Of a stretch of 64,000 nt of DNA, positions 1 to 27,659 are shown one piece after another (positions within the stretch are counted from its first letter, which is position 1; each line of letters starts with the position of its first letter). The DNA is taken from positions 806,001 through 870,000 of the forward strand of contig JBBPEB010000026.1 in NCBI GenBank assembly GCA_039096225.1, in the 5' to 3' direction. A model generated the notes under the pieces. That model saw nothing but the letters and a program-made list of their open reading frames with translations. It was not told the DNA's origin and ran no database searches. The stretch comes from Blastocystis sp. Blastoise. Its lineage: Eukaryota; Protista; Bigyra: Opalinata. The translations under genes were made by a program, and so were the position numbers.

Positions 1-46
1 ATTTATTATATTATATTATATTATATTTATTATATTTTATATATAG

Positions 47-3585
<3,539 letters not shown>

Positions 3586-4261
3586 TTATTTATTCATCAT
3601 TAATAAGAATTAGCATTAGTTATTCCTATGGTTTCATCTTATTTCTCTTCTATTTTTTTATATCTTTTCTCTTATTATTCATATTTTTTCTCTTTGCTTT
3701 TTTCTTCAATATACATATATATATCTATTTTTTATTATAATATCTATAACTATCGTTGAGTTTATAATTCAATAGAAAATATATATTCTTTTTATGAATA
3801 TCAATATTTCTCATCATTCTTACTGTTCAACAGAATACTATCTATATACTTAATAGCAAAATAATGTTAATATTTCTTAAAAATGTATTAATTACTGCAA
3901 ACAACAATTACATATTAAAAACATTTAATGCAAAAGTCATTAACATTTTGTCATGATTTGAATCATATATTCATCATATATATTACATGAATACTTTTTG
4001 AAATTGTTTTAAAATGTCACGAGGTTTTATCGGATTTATTATTATACTATACAACTACATAATTAAATTATGAATAATTTATAAATTATTCATAAAAGCA
4101 TCAATATCTAATATATATTTCAAAAAATAAAATAAATAAAAATAAACAAGAATAATTTATAAAATTCCCTATAAAAAAGAAAATATTCTCAAAACAACGT
4201 TTTTATTTTTTAAACTGTTTTATTGTTATTTCAAACAATAAGATACATAAATCTTAATAAT

Positions 4262-6523
4262 ATGGATATATCTGATAAAGAGAATAAATTTAGTCATCTT
4301 TTAAAGCCAATTCGGTATACATTGTGTTTATGAGTAGTTCATATTTATAGAGAATTAGCAGATAATTGGGATATCAATATCGCAAGTGATCTGGAGAATT
4401 ATCTTGAAGACTTGGAAAGGTTAAGTATCAATTTAGGTGATGGTTATCAAAATTTGAATTTTGCAGAAGCTGCTCTTGTTATTCAAGTATGTTCTCTATT
4501 GTTATTTCTTTTTAGAAATTATTTTAATTTCGTTGTATCTCAATTTATTTTCACTATAAACATGATTTCTAGGGATCAGCGTTGGTTTACAGTAAAAAAG
4601 TTGAATATTTATATACATTAGTGTATGAGACACTTGAGATGCTATCTAAAGATGCTAAGCATGCTCAGGAAATCAAACAGAGAAGTATTTTATGTTTATA
4701 TATATAGTTTTTGAATGTTTTCTATGGATTTTAAAATGATAATTAACTTTTCTATGATACTCAATATTTAGAGCAGACAAATTCTGATAATGTAGAAGAT
4801 TTATTTGATAATGAACTTCCGTTTCTTGTATTAGATTGTTCTCAAATTGAAGAAGGAAAAGGAATCGATATGACAATTGATGATATTAAGAAGAATCAAT
4901 TGAATCAAGTATAGTTATTATTATATAGTTATTAATATATAAAAATCTTTTTATATTAATGATTCTTTTATATGTTATTTATATTATTATTATATATATG
5001 AATAGATTTCTTCATCACGTCGATCTTCCCTCCTTTTTCGTGCACTTCCCGCCACTCTAGCAATGAATCAAAATGAACGTTCATTCAAGTATTTTTTATG
5101 TTTTTTATTTATATTCTTATTTATGTTTTTTTTATTCATTATTATAGTTATGTATTTTTATATATTTATATTACTATTTATGTTTTTTATATATTTATAT
5201 TATTATTTATTTTTGTATTAAACTTTATATATTATTATATTAATTAATAATTATTATATAGTTTATCATCTTGTGCTATTGCACCTTCTGGTGCATTTGT
5301 TATGAATAAATCATTTCGTCTTCCGCTACAAGGTAAATAATAATAAAATAATTATATATATATATAGATACAAATTCAATTAATCAATCATTTTCATTGT
5401 TTTCACTTCAAAATACTACAAATCAGAATTCCCGTGGGGATAGTATCAATCCATTAGTATCTGATCAGCCCAATGATATTGTTACTTCTATACCTCCTTT
5501 AGATCTTAATAATGATGAAAATAACTTAGGAAAAGATCAAAATAATAATGATTCTATTGTTTTAAATAATGACGAGCCACTTCCTGATGAGAATCAACCA
5601 ATGAATACTTCATTTAATGATGACGCACCTAGTGATGGCTTAGGTGTCATTTTCAATGAAGATCTCTTAGCAACACCTCAAAAGAGCAAGCCAATTCCCG
5701 CGGTTCTTCCTAAGAAAAAGAAAGAATTTGATTATTTTGCATTTTTAGATCCTCATGAATTTGTAGAAAAAGGCAACAAACCCTCGAAACTAGGTATATT
5801 ATATATATAGAAGATAAATAATATAAAGAAATATATATGTATATATATATGTATTTAGGGAAAACTATAATAAAACCAGAAGATCAACAGGAGAAAGAAG
5901 GTATATATACCTATATAAAGCAAGACTTTTTATATAAAATATCTATATAGATTGTTCTCCATTCCCGTGGGAATCCTCCTTTCCTATATCTCAAAATGTA
6001 TTATTCACAGAATTTACTTCTATATATATGGATATTCGTTCATCATTTAGACATTATAAACAATCACAAAATAAACAAAACAAACAAGTATAATGATATT
6101 TGTTTTTATTTATTATTATTGTGTTTATTATGTTTATTATGTTTATTATATTTATTATTATTATGTTTATTATTATTATTATGTTTATTATTATTGTATT
6201 TATTATGTTTATTATTTATTATTTATTATTATGTTTATTATTATTATTATTATTATTTATTATTATACTTATTATTATATAGAGTCATCCAGAAGGTGAT
6301 GAGAATGAAACAGGTGATATTGAGCCAATTGCAATACAATATGATGAAGAGGACCAATCAGAAGATGAGGATATGAATATAGAGCCATTAGGTATAGAGC
6401 CAGTTCCGATGGAGTTACCCGGTTTTGATGATTTAGAAGGAATAGATATGAATATGAATATAAATCAAAATAATAATGAAAATGAAAAGTATATATATAT
6501 AATGTGTATTAGTTTATTTATTC

Positions 6524-6559
<36 letters not shown>

Positions 6560-7474
6560 ACCATGTGATATCCCTCTCTCAATCTAACGGTTCCCAATCA
6601 TTTCAAACTTATGAAGAATTGTGTACTTATTATATTGTATATATATAAAATTAAATATATATATTTATATATTAATACTATTGTATGTATATGTTTGTTC
6701 TATTATTATAATCATGGTTATTCTGTATAGTCTCGTTTTATGCAAGGAATTGCTCAGTACTCTCATGAAACTGGACTGTTGAAGCGAGTGAGAATGTGGG
6801 AAGAACGAATAGAGCCAGTTTTACAAACTCAAGTATATATTATTAGTTATTATTATTTATTATTTATTATTTATTTAACAATTATTTATTATTTATTATT
6901 CATTATTTAGTTATTATATAATTTATTTATAATTTATTTATAATTTATTTATAATTTATAATTTATTTATAATTTATTTATAATTTATTTATTATTTATT
7001 ATTTATTTATTTATTATTTATATAGCAATTATTTAATTATATATTTATAAAATATATCTAATACTATCATACATATATTTATAACACAACATTATGTTTA
7101 TAATCATTGATATTCTAATAGTTGAAATATCCTCCTTTTGACATTAAAATAAGTGGGTTGTCATTGATTAATACTATAGAAGAAAAAGAAGAATTATATA
7201 AAAATAAAGTTATTCAAAATAAACAAGAGCAAATTAATCAAATGAGTTTTTATCAATTAAATAAAAATGCTACTGATTATGAAATCCGAAGAAATTTTGT
7301 TGCTCTTCTGCAATTAGTATGATTATTTTTTATTTTTTAATATACCAATCTGTCATTCATTTATTTTTACTTTAGGCTAATGATAAAAATGTTGAAATTT
7401 CAAGTTCAAAATTAGAAGATGGATGTGATAACATTATTGTCACATTAATTAATAATAAAATACCTTCAAATTAG
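4262..7474 (+). CDS. NCAPH2: Condensin II kleisin subunit H2 (CAP-H2)
   Basis: Spliced N-terminus [61 protein letters not shown] is the CAP-H2 signature. Later FLDPHE, ETGLLKRVRMWEERIEPVL, PPFDI and C-terminal IRRNFVALLQLANDKNVEI. Confidence 0.93.
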
Positions 7475-8501
7475 AAAAAAACATTATTTTTTTAATAATT
7501 TTTAAATACTTTTTGAATTTTCTACTTTTTCTTGTTATTCTAGGTATGTCGTATAAACAGAATGTGTTATCCTGAGATTTCGTTGCATACATTTTATTTT
7601 TATTCATCGTAAACCAATATCAAATCATTTATTACTGTGTATTAACTTTCATAAAGCAATAAAGCATTAAAAATATATATATATATTGTTAAAGAATTAG
7701 AAATAAAAAAGAAAAATATAAAAATCAAAAGTTTTCTAGAAATTAGGTACCCTTTCATTTACAAATAAATTTCTTTGTTGATAAAGCTTTTTAAATGTTA
7801 AAATAAAAATAATTAATAATAAATATATTTTTGTGTCTATTCGAGTCTTTACATATCAATGCGTACTTATTTTTATCTATAGACGCAAGCAATTGAAGAA
7901 TTCAATATAAACATTTACGTTGATAGCAGACAGAACTACTCTACACAATATAGAAGAGGATACACATATACATACACATAATAATATTATGATTAAATGA
8001 TAATTATTGAACGATAAGTTACGAGAGACTAGTTATTTTATAATAAAACTACAGAATATGTGTTCTAGATGACATGAATGATAATAATTAATATAAAAAT
8101 AAGAATATAAAGCTCCAAATAATAGTTTAATAGTTTTTTTCCTGTATTTCAAAATTCAATTTTTTTTAGAAAAAAATAAGTCATAAAAAAGTCCAAGGCG
8201 TCATATAGAAATAATATCCCCAAATAAACCTATGAAAAAGCAGAATTTCTGAACACAAATAAATTAACAGGTTTTGTTGTCAATTATCAAAAGAAAGTAT
8301 CAAGGCTTCTTTAAGGGGGTAAAAATGAAAAACGCAGGAAAATGACCGAGATTTAAGAATCCAGGGGGTAGTAGACCTTGTTGTAATCTGGGTGCTTATT
8401 TATAATAAGGACTTTAATTTTGGACTACAAAGAAACAGTTCTTACAGCACTTCTAGTTCTTTCCATATCCTCCAAGATATTGATAAAATTAATATTTAAA
8501 T

Positions 8502-11500
8502 ATGAGTGAAAAAGGTATGTTATAGTAAAGGCAAAAAATAGTCGCTTGTTTAAGCATTCTTTTTGAAGTGCTTTCTTTATTTTTGCTTATTCTTCATGAT
8601 CTACTGTATATATAGATATTCAGCGACTTCCTCATAATCAACAAAATCGTCAAGTTGAGGAATCTGTAAGTTCATCTGTGTTTTCTTGTGTTTTTATATG
8701 CTATTTTTTTTATTAACTTATAGCAGATGAATGAATCTGATGCTTCTCAAATGATGGCTCGACAGAATCAGTATCCAGGAAATCCTTATAGTCAAATTCA
8801 AGTTTTAATGGCTCCTCCTTTAAATCCTATGTTTAATCAACAGATGAGAAACAATTACTATCCATATGGACCCGTTCACTTTGCTCCTACTCAAAATATT
8901 GGTGTTCCTGGTGAACCTTATTTAACATCACTTTCTGTTCCTCAAATGAATTCTATTCAAATCTCTAGACCTGATCCTAATGGGATTTCTCTATCGAATG
9001 ATAATACCTATCACTCTTTAGCTGTTATGCCTCCTCCAATGAATCAAGATTTATTACCTATGGATGAATCTCTCAATTTACCTATTATGAATGTATGATA
9101 TATATATGTTTATCTATACATTCTTTTGAAATTTGTTGAAAAATTTAATTATATTATTATGTTATTCGTGTTTTTTCTATTTAAGATTTTTTTAAATGAT
9201 ATTTTTATATATTTTTTAATGTTTTTTTAATGCTATTTTTATGTATTTTTAATTTTTTTTTTATATATTTGATTCAAATTTTTTATTATATATTTATTTA
9301 TTATTGAGTTTTCATTCTTCTATGTATATATAAAGTAGACTTCATAATATACTATAATTATATCCCTTATACTATGTATATATAAAATATTGACTTCATA
9401 ATATACTATAATTATATCCCTTATAGAATGATCAGACTCGTAAGCGAAAACGAACTGTTTGGAATGAACCAAATCAAGAAATAGATAAAACACCGATTAG
9501 TTATTACCCTCAGGAAAATGTTGATTCTATACAATCCTCAATATTAGCAACTAGTTATTTATCACAACAACAAGAATCTAAAGTATTAAAATTATTCGAA
9601 ACTTTAGATAAAGATAATTATAGGTATATTATTATTTGTTTTTTTTTAAATCCAAATTATAGCTTAATATATTTTTTTATAAATATAATTTTTATAAGAA
9701 TTATAGTTTAATATATTTTTTTATAAATATAATTTTTATTATAATCTCTTACTCTTATCTCTTTATACACTATATGATTAATTTAAATAATTTCATTTTA
9801 TTATTTTTTTATTATTTTCTTGTCTAGATTAACAGATCAATTTATGCAAGAAGCAGTGAGTCGTATGATGTCTCATGATAACCGTGGGAATTCCTACAAG
9901 ATGGATCCTCCTTCAGTGAGTTATATACATCAATTATTGAAACATAATATATATTTGAAAAGTCGAGAACCCTATATTCCTGATAATTCAAAGAAGAATA
10001 TAGATAATGAGACTTATAATCGATATTTTATGAGTTGTGTTATTGCTATGCCTTCTAATGATGAAACCCTCTTAATGAATCAACGAATGTTAACGGAAGA
10101 TATAGAGAATCAACATTTATTAGATAAAGATTATGAATATAAAGAAAAACGTAAATATACTACAAATCAATTGCAATGGGCTGTAAATGCGACTACCAAG
10201 GGATTATCGACACGTGAGGCTGCACGCCAAGCGCACGTGCCTCGCAGTACGTTACATGATAAGATCCATACTCAGCGATCTACAAAACCTGGTAAACCAA
10301 CAGTATTAAAGAATGATGAAGAAGCTATTTTAGCTACATTTGTGACTCTTTTAGATTCTCAAGGTATACGTATACCGCGTGAAGATGTCAAGAAATTAGT
10401 TATGGGAATGCTGCCAGGAGAACGAGGTCATCCATTTAAAGATGACGGACCCCATCGTCATTGGTTTCGAGGGTTTTATAAACGTAATCCTCAAATAATG
10501 CAATTCCGATCTCAAAGTACACCGATACCTCGTACCAGGCTAAAACAAGAACAAATGGATCAATTCTTTGAAGAAGTACAGAGACTACGAGATGAAAGTA
10601 TGGTTATTGTTTTATTTATTTAGTTATTATTTATTTTATTTATTATTTATTATTTATTATTTTATTATATTATTTTATTTATTATTTATTCTATTTGCTT
10701 TTATTGCTTTTATTTATATTTATTTTATTATTTATTATTTATTATTTATTTTATTTAATATATTTATTATATTTATAAATTATTTTTATTATATTTAATA
10801 TATTTATTATATTTATAAATTATTTTTATTATATTTAATATATTTTTTTAATCTTTATATATAAATTATGATTTTAATAAATACATGTATCAATTATAAT
10901 TTATGTTCTTATTATACTATTTTAAAATTTTTAATTCATTTTTATAAATAATTATTTTTTTTTTATAATTCTTACTCCATATACTTATAATATATGTATA
11001 TATAGATTTAGTTGTAATAGCTGCCCAACGTCCTCAATATGCTCGTTTGGATCGTACTGGATTTCATTTTAATATTCCTACAGATCCTATTTCTATTAAT
11101 CCTATATCTTATTCTTCTCTTCCTACAACTACATCAACTACTCTATCATCTATACCTGCATCTATTCCATATTCATCTCATTCACAACAAAATACTAATT
11201 ATATATCACAAGATAATACTTTAAATACTCCAAATAATTTAGAGAAATCAAGTATAGAGACTCTCCATGTATCTCAACAATCTACTTCTTTATCTCTACC
11301 TGGTGTGTTACCTTCTTCTCTTACTACAGATCCTACAGATCCTAATGCTTCTACTAATAATAATAATCCTAATAATAATCCTACAGCACCTTCTTCTTCT
11401 TCTTCTCCTCCTACGACAACTCACCCTTCTTTACTTACGATGTCTTCTATAAGATCATCTTCTATGAGAAAGAAATGGTCACAAGAAACATTATTTTGGG

Positions 11501-13525
11501 CAATTGATCAAATTACCGCGGGAAATATAGGTATCAAAGAAGCTTCGGAACGTACTAATATACCTGTAGCTACATTACGTAGTAATTTGAAAGTACAGAC
11601 AGTTCCAGGAAAACGTGGTCCACCTACGGTATTAACCGAAGTAGAAGAATTAGCATTAGAACGATTCTTAATAAAACTAGATGATTGGGGATATAAAGCA
11701 AATCGTGAATCTCTTAGTAAATTAGTTATGGATATAGTAGCACAAGACGGAAGAGAACATCCTTTTAAAAATGATGGACCTCATAGACATTGGTTTCAAG
11801 TATATATATATATATATATGGTTTTGTTGTTTTTTAATATATATATATTTATTATTTTATTATTTTAATAATTATTTATAATTATTATTATATTTTTTTT
11901 ATAATTTTTAATAATCATTTTTTATAATAATTTTTTTTTATAATTTTTATAATATTAATATAAAATATTAATTTGAATAATAATTTATTGAATAATATAT
12001 ATTATAAACTAATATATTTTAATATAAACCCTAATAAATATATATAAATTCTTTATAGGGTTTTTATCGTCGTCATTCTATATTGGATGCTCGTCGTCGT
12101 GCGTCAGGAACATCTCTTTCTCGTCAAGATGCTCCACCTGAATTAATGAAACGATTTTATGATGATTTAGCGGATGTAAAACAACAATATTCTACGGATG
12201 ATTCGAATGGTTCTTTAAAAGGAAAGAAATCGAAATTAATTGCAAATACTCCTTTGGATACTGTTCGAAATGATTTATCGGATGAAAATCGTGATGATAT
12301 GGGTTTAGGAGTAATATCTGATTTAAAATCACTTGGAAAGAAAGGAGGAAGACCGAAATTGCCGTTGTTCTCCGTACAACCATGCCGTCAACGTTTCCGT
12401 ACTATAGAGATTATGCAATATATTCGTGATTTTGCTTTACAACATGATGAGAATGTTGATGATATTTTATGGTCTTTATTGATACAACGTGTTAAAGGTA
12501 GTGGTTATAAAGAAATAGGAGATATGTTACAACAATTATGTAAGAGATGGAGTGATGAAATACAAATATGTAGAATACCTATAAGTCAAGCATATGAAGA
12601 TGTTACGAATACAACAAATACTTCAAATACATTGAATACATCAAATTCACTTACAAATCCATCAAATTCTACTCTTCCACCTCCTCCTTCTCCTCCTTCT
12701 TCTTCTCAAAACCCTCTTCTAGAACCTTCTCTTCTTCCTCATGATCTATTAGTATCTTCATTGACGAATCCTCTGTCATCTAATAAACCCCAAGATTCCT
12801 TAACGAACGAAGATAGTGATAGTCCAAATGACTCCAATAACTCGAATAATAACTCGAATACTGTGTCTCATCATAATATCACAGAAGATCTTCAAGAAAC
12901 ATTACATCCTTCTCTCTTTGATGCACTAAATGGTACTGTAAATAATTCTATATCAAATAGTCTTCGAAACACTATGAATAATTCTTTAGAGAATTCTATG
13001 ACTGCTACTCTTCCTCCTGGATTACAAAATAGTATGAATAATAGTATTACTAATAGTATTACTAATAGTATGAATAATAGTATGAATAATGGTATGAATA
13101 ATGGTATGAATAATACTATGAATAGTATTAATAATAGTATATCTAATGCTATTCAAAATACAATGAATTCCTCTTTAAATGCATCAATTCCTACGGAACT
13201 ATCATCATCAATGAATCGAGATATGAATCCTTCTTTATCGTTACCTTCTGTTTCATTGTTAAATAATACTATTTCAGGTCTTGGTAACTCTTTGAACTCT
13301 TCGATTTCGAATTCTATGGAAACTAATAATGATAATAATAATAATACGAATAATAATCATTCACCAAATAATAGCAATAATAATAATAATCATTCAAATA
13401 GTAATAATAATCATTCAAATAGTAATAATAATCATTCTCCTAATGATAATAATAATAGTAATTCTCCTAATAATTCTCCTAATAATAATAACAATAATAA
13501 TGAAGATCAAACTACTCGAGTATAA
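8502..13525 (+). CDS. Domesticated pogo/Fot1-Tigger-derived DNA-binding protein: two psq-HTH + CENP-B-HTH modules, RAG1-NBD-like segment, Pro/Gln and Asn/Ser low-complexity regions, no intact DDE domain
   Basis: Module 1 (about 10147-10500): KYTTNQLQWAV..STREAARQAHVPRSTLHDK..GKPTVL..EE..HPFKDDGPHRHWFRGFYKRNP. Module 2 (about 11464-12080, spliced): KKWSQETLFWAI..ASERTNIPVATLR..GPPTVLTEVEE..HPFKNDGPHRHWFQGFYRRH. Intron-containing, no flanking TIRs seen. The start at 8502 is inferred from in-frame splicing. Confidence 0.8.
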
Positions 13526-14574
13526 TTAATACTCACAATGTTTATCTCTATCTTTATATATTCAATACGTATACATATCTTTATTTCTTTTCTTTTATAA
13601 TAAAAATAATTATTCTTTATAAAGTATTTTATATTGTTAATAATAGTAGTGTTAAAACTTATACTTTTATAGGCGATTTTTTTTATTCAATTTATTTTTT
13701 ATTCAACATTTTTTCTTTATTCAATAATTTTTATTCAATATTTTTTCCCTGTACAATGTATTTATTTTTTTTTGCTTATATTTTGTGTATCTATACTTAC
13801 TATAATTTATATTTGAATGTCAAACTTAAATTTTTTTTTGTGTGTTAATTATAAAATAAAATTATTATTATATATATAAACGTATTTATATTTATATGTA
13901 TTTTTAATCTACATAATTTATATCTGTTTATTTTATATATTTATTTTTAATTATTTTTTTTTTTTACTTTTTTAAACAATATATATATGTATATATAATT
14001 TTTGTTATTGTCATGTATACTTTTTTTGACTCTATATAAAAACGTTTTCTTTCTTTTCTATATGTTGTTCTCCTTCTTTATTTTTATTGAGATTCATTAT
14101 TCAATTATGGAAAGAAAATACTTTTATAAGTATTTATATATAAATATATATGAAAATCCTTTGATGATTGTTTATATGAGAACATTTCCTTTTTCTTTTT
14201 TCCTTTTTCTTTCTAAAATATATATTTTTTTTCATTTTTCATTTTTATAATTACCTCTATATACTCTATTTTTATAATTACATTTCAATTCCTCAAAAAC
14301 GATTTTTGCTATGATTTTTTTTTTTTTTTTAGTTTTGTTTTTTGATACATTGACAAATACAAAGTCTACTAATCATGAATTAATGAATTTAAAAGATCAT
14401 AATATATATTTATACACAAAAAAATATATTAAAAAAAAAATTGTCTGAAAATGTCTGGAATTTTGTTTATGAATCATTTCATTTTAACAGTTTAAAGAAA
14501 AGAATTCCCATGAGAATCATTAGTGGTCTTTTTAGGTAATACATTTTGTGTGTAATTTCTCTCTTTATACATAG

Positions 14575-17500
14575 ATGAAAGGTGATACTATTCAACAAAT
14601 TGAGGAACTCGAATCGAAGATCGAGAAGAGTGTTCAAAATACAAATGGTATTACTTTATGATGTGTTGTTATCATGCATGTATAGATATCAAAGAACTTT
14701 TGAAATTCTTAGCTGTTGAGAAATATGTATGTAGAAAAGAAATATGGAAATTAGTTGAAAATATTCTATTTTTTAAATGAAAATGACAATTATTTTTTTT
14801 ATAGGGTAAGAAAAGTACATTAGCTGCTATTCATGCATTACGAAGAACATTCACAAGAATTCTAGATAATAATTATTTACGTGTCAAGAAACTTGGTGTT
14901 TCTAAAGAAGGTAATTTGTTTTTTTTTGAATTATTTTTGTAAATTTTATTTTATTCATAATCAATGATTTATTTTTATTGATTATAGTAAGTCAGAGTTT
15001 AGAAGAATTTCGTGTTTTTCTTATTGAACAATATAAATTGTTTTTAACTAGTATTATCGATCTTGTTAATTATTCTGATGAAACTATTCGTGTATTTATA
15101 TATTTATTTATTATATTGAAATATTATTATTATATTTATATATATGATTTATTATTATATATATATAAATATATAGATTGCTTCTTTACGTACCTTATTT
15201 GTATTTATAAGTAAAGGAGGTTATGAAAGTAAAAATAAAAAGAATGTTTTTAATGTGGATCTTTATACTCAAGTATATATATATTATAATTTATATATTA
15301 TATATTATATATATATGTTATATATATTATATATGTATTTATTCTATATATTTATATAGTTATTAAAGAAGTTATTATCTGAAGAATTTGTGTCTGAAGA
15401 TGTTCAAAATGCTCTTTCTGAAGTATACAATAAGGATATTCTATTATTTTCTAGTTTATATATAATTAAATATATAATTATTATAATATAATATTATATA
15501 GGAATATTTTATTCAATTAGATATTTGCCAATATACATATCGTTGTATCTTATGTATATTAAAAGAAATAATGAATAAACATAATCAAAAAAATAATAAA
15601 AATAATAATGATTTCTTAAATTATAATAATATGAATATTATATTAAAGCATATATTTTATATATTTTCATTAATTGATATGAAATATATAACAGATTTCA
15701 AGAATTATTCTATACTTGTTTCTACTGTATTTTTATAATAATAATAATTATATTTATTAAATAATTATTATGATAATACTATTTATTATCATTATATATA
15801 TATATATATAGAATAAGAATAGTAACGCAGAAAAAGATATTTCTCAATTAAAAATAACATTTCAAGAAACATGGATATATATATTAAAACTACCTTTAGA
15901 AGAAGTATATATTAATTTTTATTTTATTATATATTAATTTTTATTTTATTATATATTAATTTTTATTTTATTATATATTAATTTTTATTTTATTATATAT
16001 TAATTTTTAGTTTATTATATATTTGTTATTCTGTATTATTTATTCAATATTCTATATTCTTTATTCAATATTCTATATTAATTAAACTATATTAATTCTA
16101 TATATACTATATTTATATCTATATATATAGAGTGCTTATACATATATATTAATTAATTTGAGTGAATTAATTCTTCCTTATTGTCCTCAACCTTTATTAT
16201 TAACAGATTTCTTAAAAGATAGTTATAAATTAGGAGGTTATATATCTGTACTTAGTTTATATAGTTTATTCTTATTAATGAATAATTATAATTTAAAATA
16301 TGATAATTATTATACTCAATTATATGAATTAACTACACCAGATACATTCCTCATGAAGTATATTTATTATATTATAATATTTATTCTATTTATACTATTT
16401 ATATTTAGTATTTTTTTTTTATTATTCTATTTTATTCTATTTATTATGTTAATAAAAATAGTATTCTATTTATTATGTTAATAGAAATACTATTCTATTT
16501 ATTATGTTAATAGAAATACTATTCTATTTATTATGTTAATAAAAATACTAATTATTCTACTATAGGCATCGTGAACGTTTTTATGAGTTATTAGTTGTAT
16601 CTCTCCGTTCAACATATATTGCAGAATATATTGTCGTCGCATTTGTTAAGAAACTTACTAGAATAGCTCTTATTGTATATATATAAATAATAATAATAAT
16701 AATATTATTATTCTATAATAGAATATATATAATAAGAGTATTATTCTATAAAAATAATATATAATAATATATAGTCAAATCCAAATACTTGTTTATTTAT
16801 AACATCATTGTTACCGGAGTTATTTGCTTATCATTCGTATCTATCTTATTTGATTGATCAGAAAACGAAACGTACCGTAACGGATATCTTAAGTATTCGT
16901 AAGCCATTGCCTTTTGTAAATGTGGACGAATTAGAAAAGATGAAAAATGATGAAGAAGAGAAAAATAAGAAATTAAAAGAAAAAGAAGAAGAAGAAGATA
17001 TTAAAATAGCTTATAGTGATGATGAAGAAGAAGAAGAAGAGAAAAAAATACGTTATGATATTGATGAGAGTGTAGAGACAAAAGAAGATAAGAAGGAGAA
17101 GGAGAAGGAAAATAAGAAGGAGAAATCTGTTGTTAAAACAATTGTTCTTGAAGAAGAGAAGAAGGAAGAAGAAAAACCAATTGTATATATATTATTATTG
17201 AATCTATTTTTTGTGTATTCATTTGTGTTATTATTTTTTTTTTTCTGATTCTATATTCTAGAAATATATATAAATATATATATATAGCCATCTGTTATAA
17301 CTGGATCTATGAGTACATTAGATATTATTCGAAAAGCGAAAGAAATTGCAAAGAATCGATCTCAAAAACGTGTTTTTGAAGAAGAAAATAATACTAGTGG
17401 TAATAATAATGATAATAATAAACATTCTAATAATAATACTACTAGTACAAGTGATATTATCAAATCACTAAATAGAAAAGATAATAATAATAATAATTCG

Positions 17501-18078
17501 AGTAATTCAAATACTAATGCTACTAATAATGAACAAACTTCAAAAAAAATTATTAATGGAAATATTAAAGAAATAAATAATGATACTAATAATGATAATA
17601 ATAATGATAGTAATAATAATAATAATCATATGGCCAAGAGAATCAAACTTGCTAGCTCTGATGATTATCAAGAATTATTAGAGAATTATAAAGAAATAGA
17701 TCATTATTTAGAAATAGAAAAAGAAATGAAACCTATTTCGGACAAAATGACTCAATTATATGAAATTAAAGTACTTATGAATCATTATGATCCAGAAGTT
17801 GCTAAATTAGCCAATCAAATGAAATCTACATTTGTTAAAACTAGAGTGGATATGAAACCTTATTTCTCTAGAACGTATATATATATATAATTATATTTAT
17901 TAAATACACGTTACATATATATATATATATATATATATATTGTATTATCTTTAGATATAAGCAAGAATTTGATAAATATTTTGATGTAAAGTCTCCTGTA
18001 CCTCATGAATTTAAGATTGTTAATGGTGTATTTAAAGAAGGAAGAATTTTATCTCAATTATATGATTTAAGTGCTTAA
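14575..18078 (+). CDS. NOC4: Nucleolar complex protein 4 homolog (CBF/Mak21 domain)
   Basis: ILPYCPQPLLLTDFLKDSYKLGGYISVLSLYSLFLLMNNYNLKYDNYYTQLY..HRERFYELL..LRSTYIAEYIVVAFVKKLTRIAL, and C-terminal LYEIKVLMNHYDPEVAKLA, match NOC4/NOC4L. A long K/E/N-rich insertion lies at about 16930-17700. Confidence 0.9.
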
Positions 18079-18444
18079 TTCCATTTTATTTTATGCATTC
18101 TATATTTTATTTTATCTTAACTTTATAATAAGCATTTAATTATGCTAAAATTTGTTTTATTTGTTATCATTATTGTTCATCTATGTTATTAATTGCTTTG
18201 TTTTATATATATTTTTATTTAATTGACTTCTAACTACTATAATTCATATCTTATTATACCTAGAAACTATTAAATGAACTTTGGGATTAAAAAATGGACA
18301 TGAATAAATAATTATGATTATTTGTTTTTAAATGGATAATTTTTAAAATTAATTATGAATTCGAAAAAAAATATTTTTTTTGTTTTATTTCTTATCTTTG
18401 GTGATTAAAATTGGTTTTAGTCAGTGATATTCACACTAAAGATA

Positions 18445-25012
<6,568 letters not shown>

Positions 25013-25441
25013 TATATATATGAAAATGATAGTATAATTATTTGTTTAGTTGCTTAAATATATATCTTCTTTTTAAATATTCTATAGATAGTTATTGTAT
25101 TGAAAAAGATTAGGGCAAAAATCATGAATAAAAAGTCAATAGTTTAATCATAAAAACAAAGAAATCACGAACAAAACTATAAAAATTATTCTATTTAAAA
25201 AAATTTAAAATAAATTATATAAGTATAGAAAATACTCTATCAGCATAAAGACTCTCAATAATTGATAACAATAAAAACAAAAACTGAAAAATAAAAAATA
25301 AATACACACAAAATATTTGTATCAAAAAAGTTGTGAAAAGAATTAAAAATAAATACTAACAATAAATAGATAATGAAAGAGCAATAAAGATATTAGGAAT
25401 ATAAATATATATATATATAAAATAATAAGAAAGAAAAAGTA

Positions 25442-27659
<2,218 letters not shown>

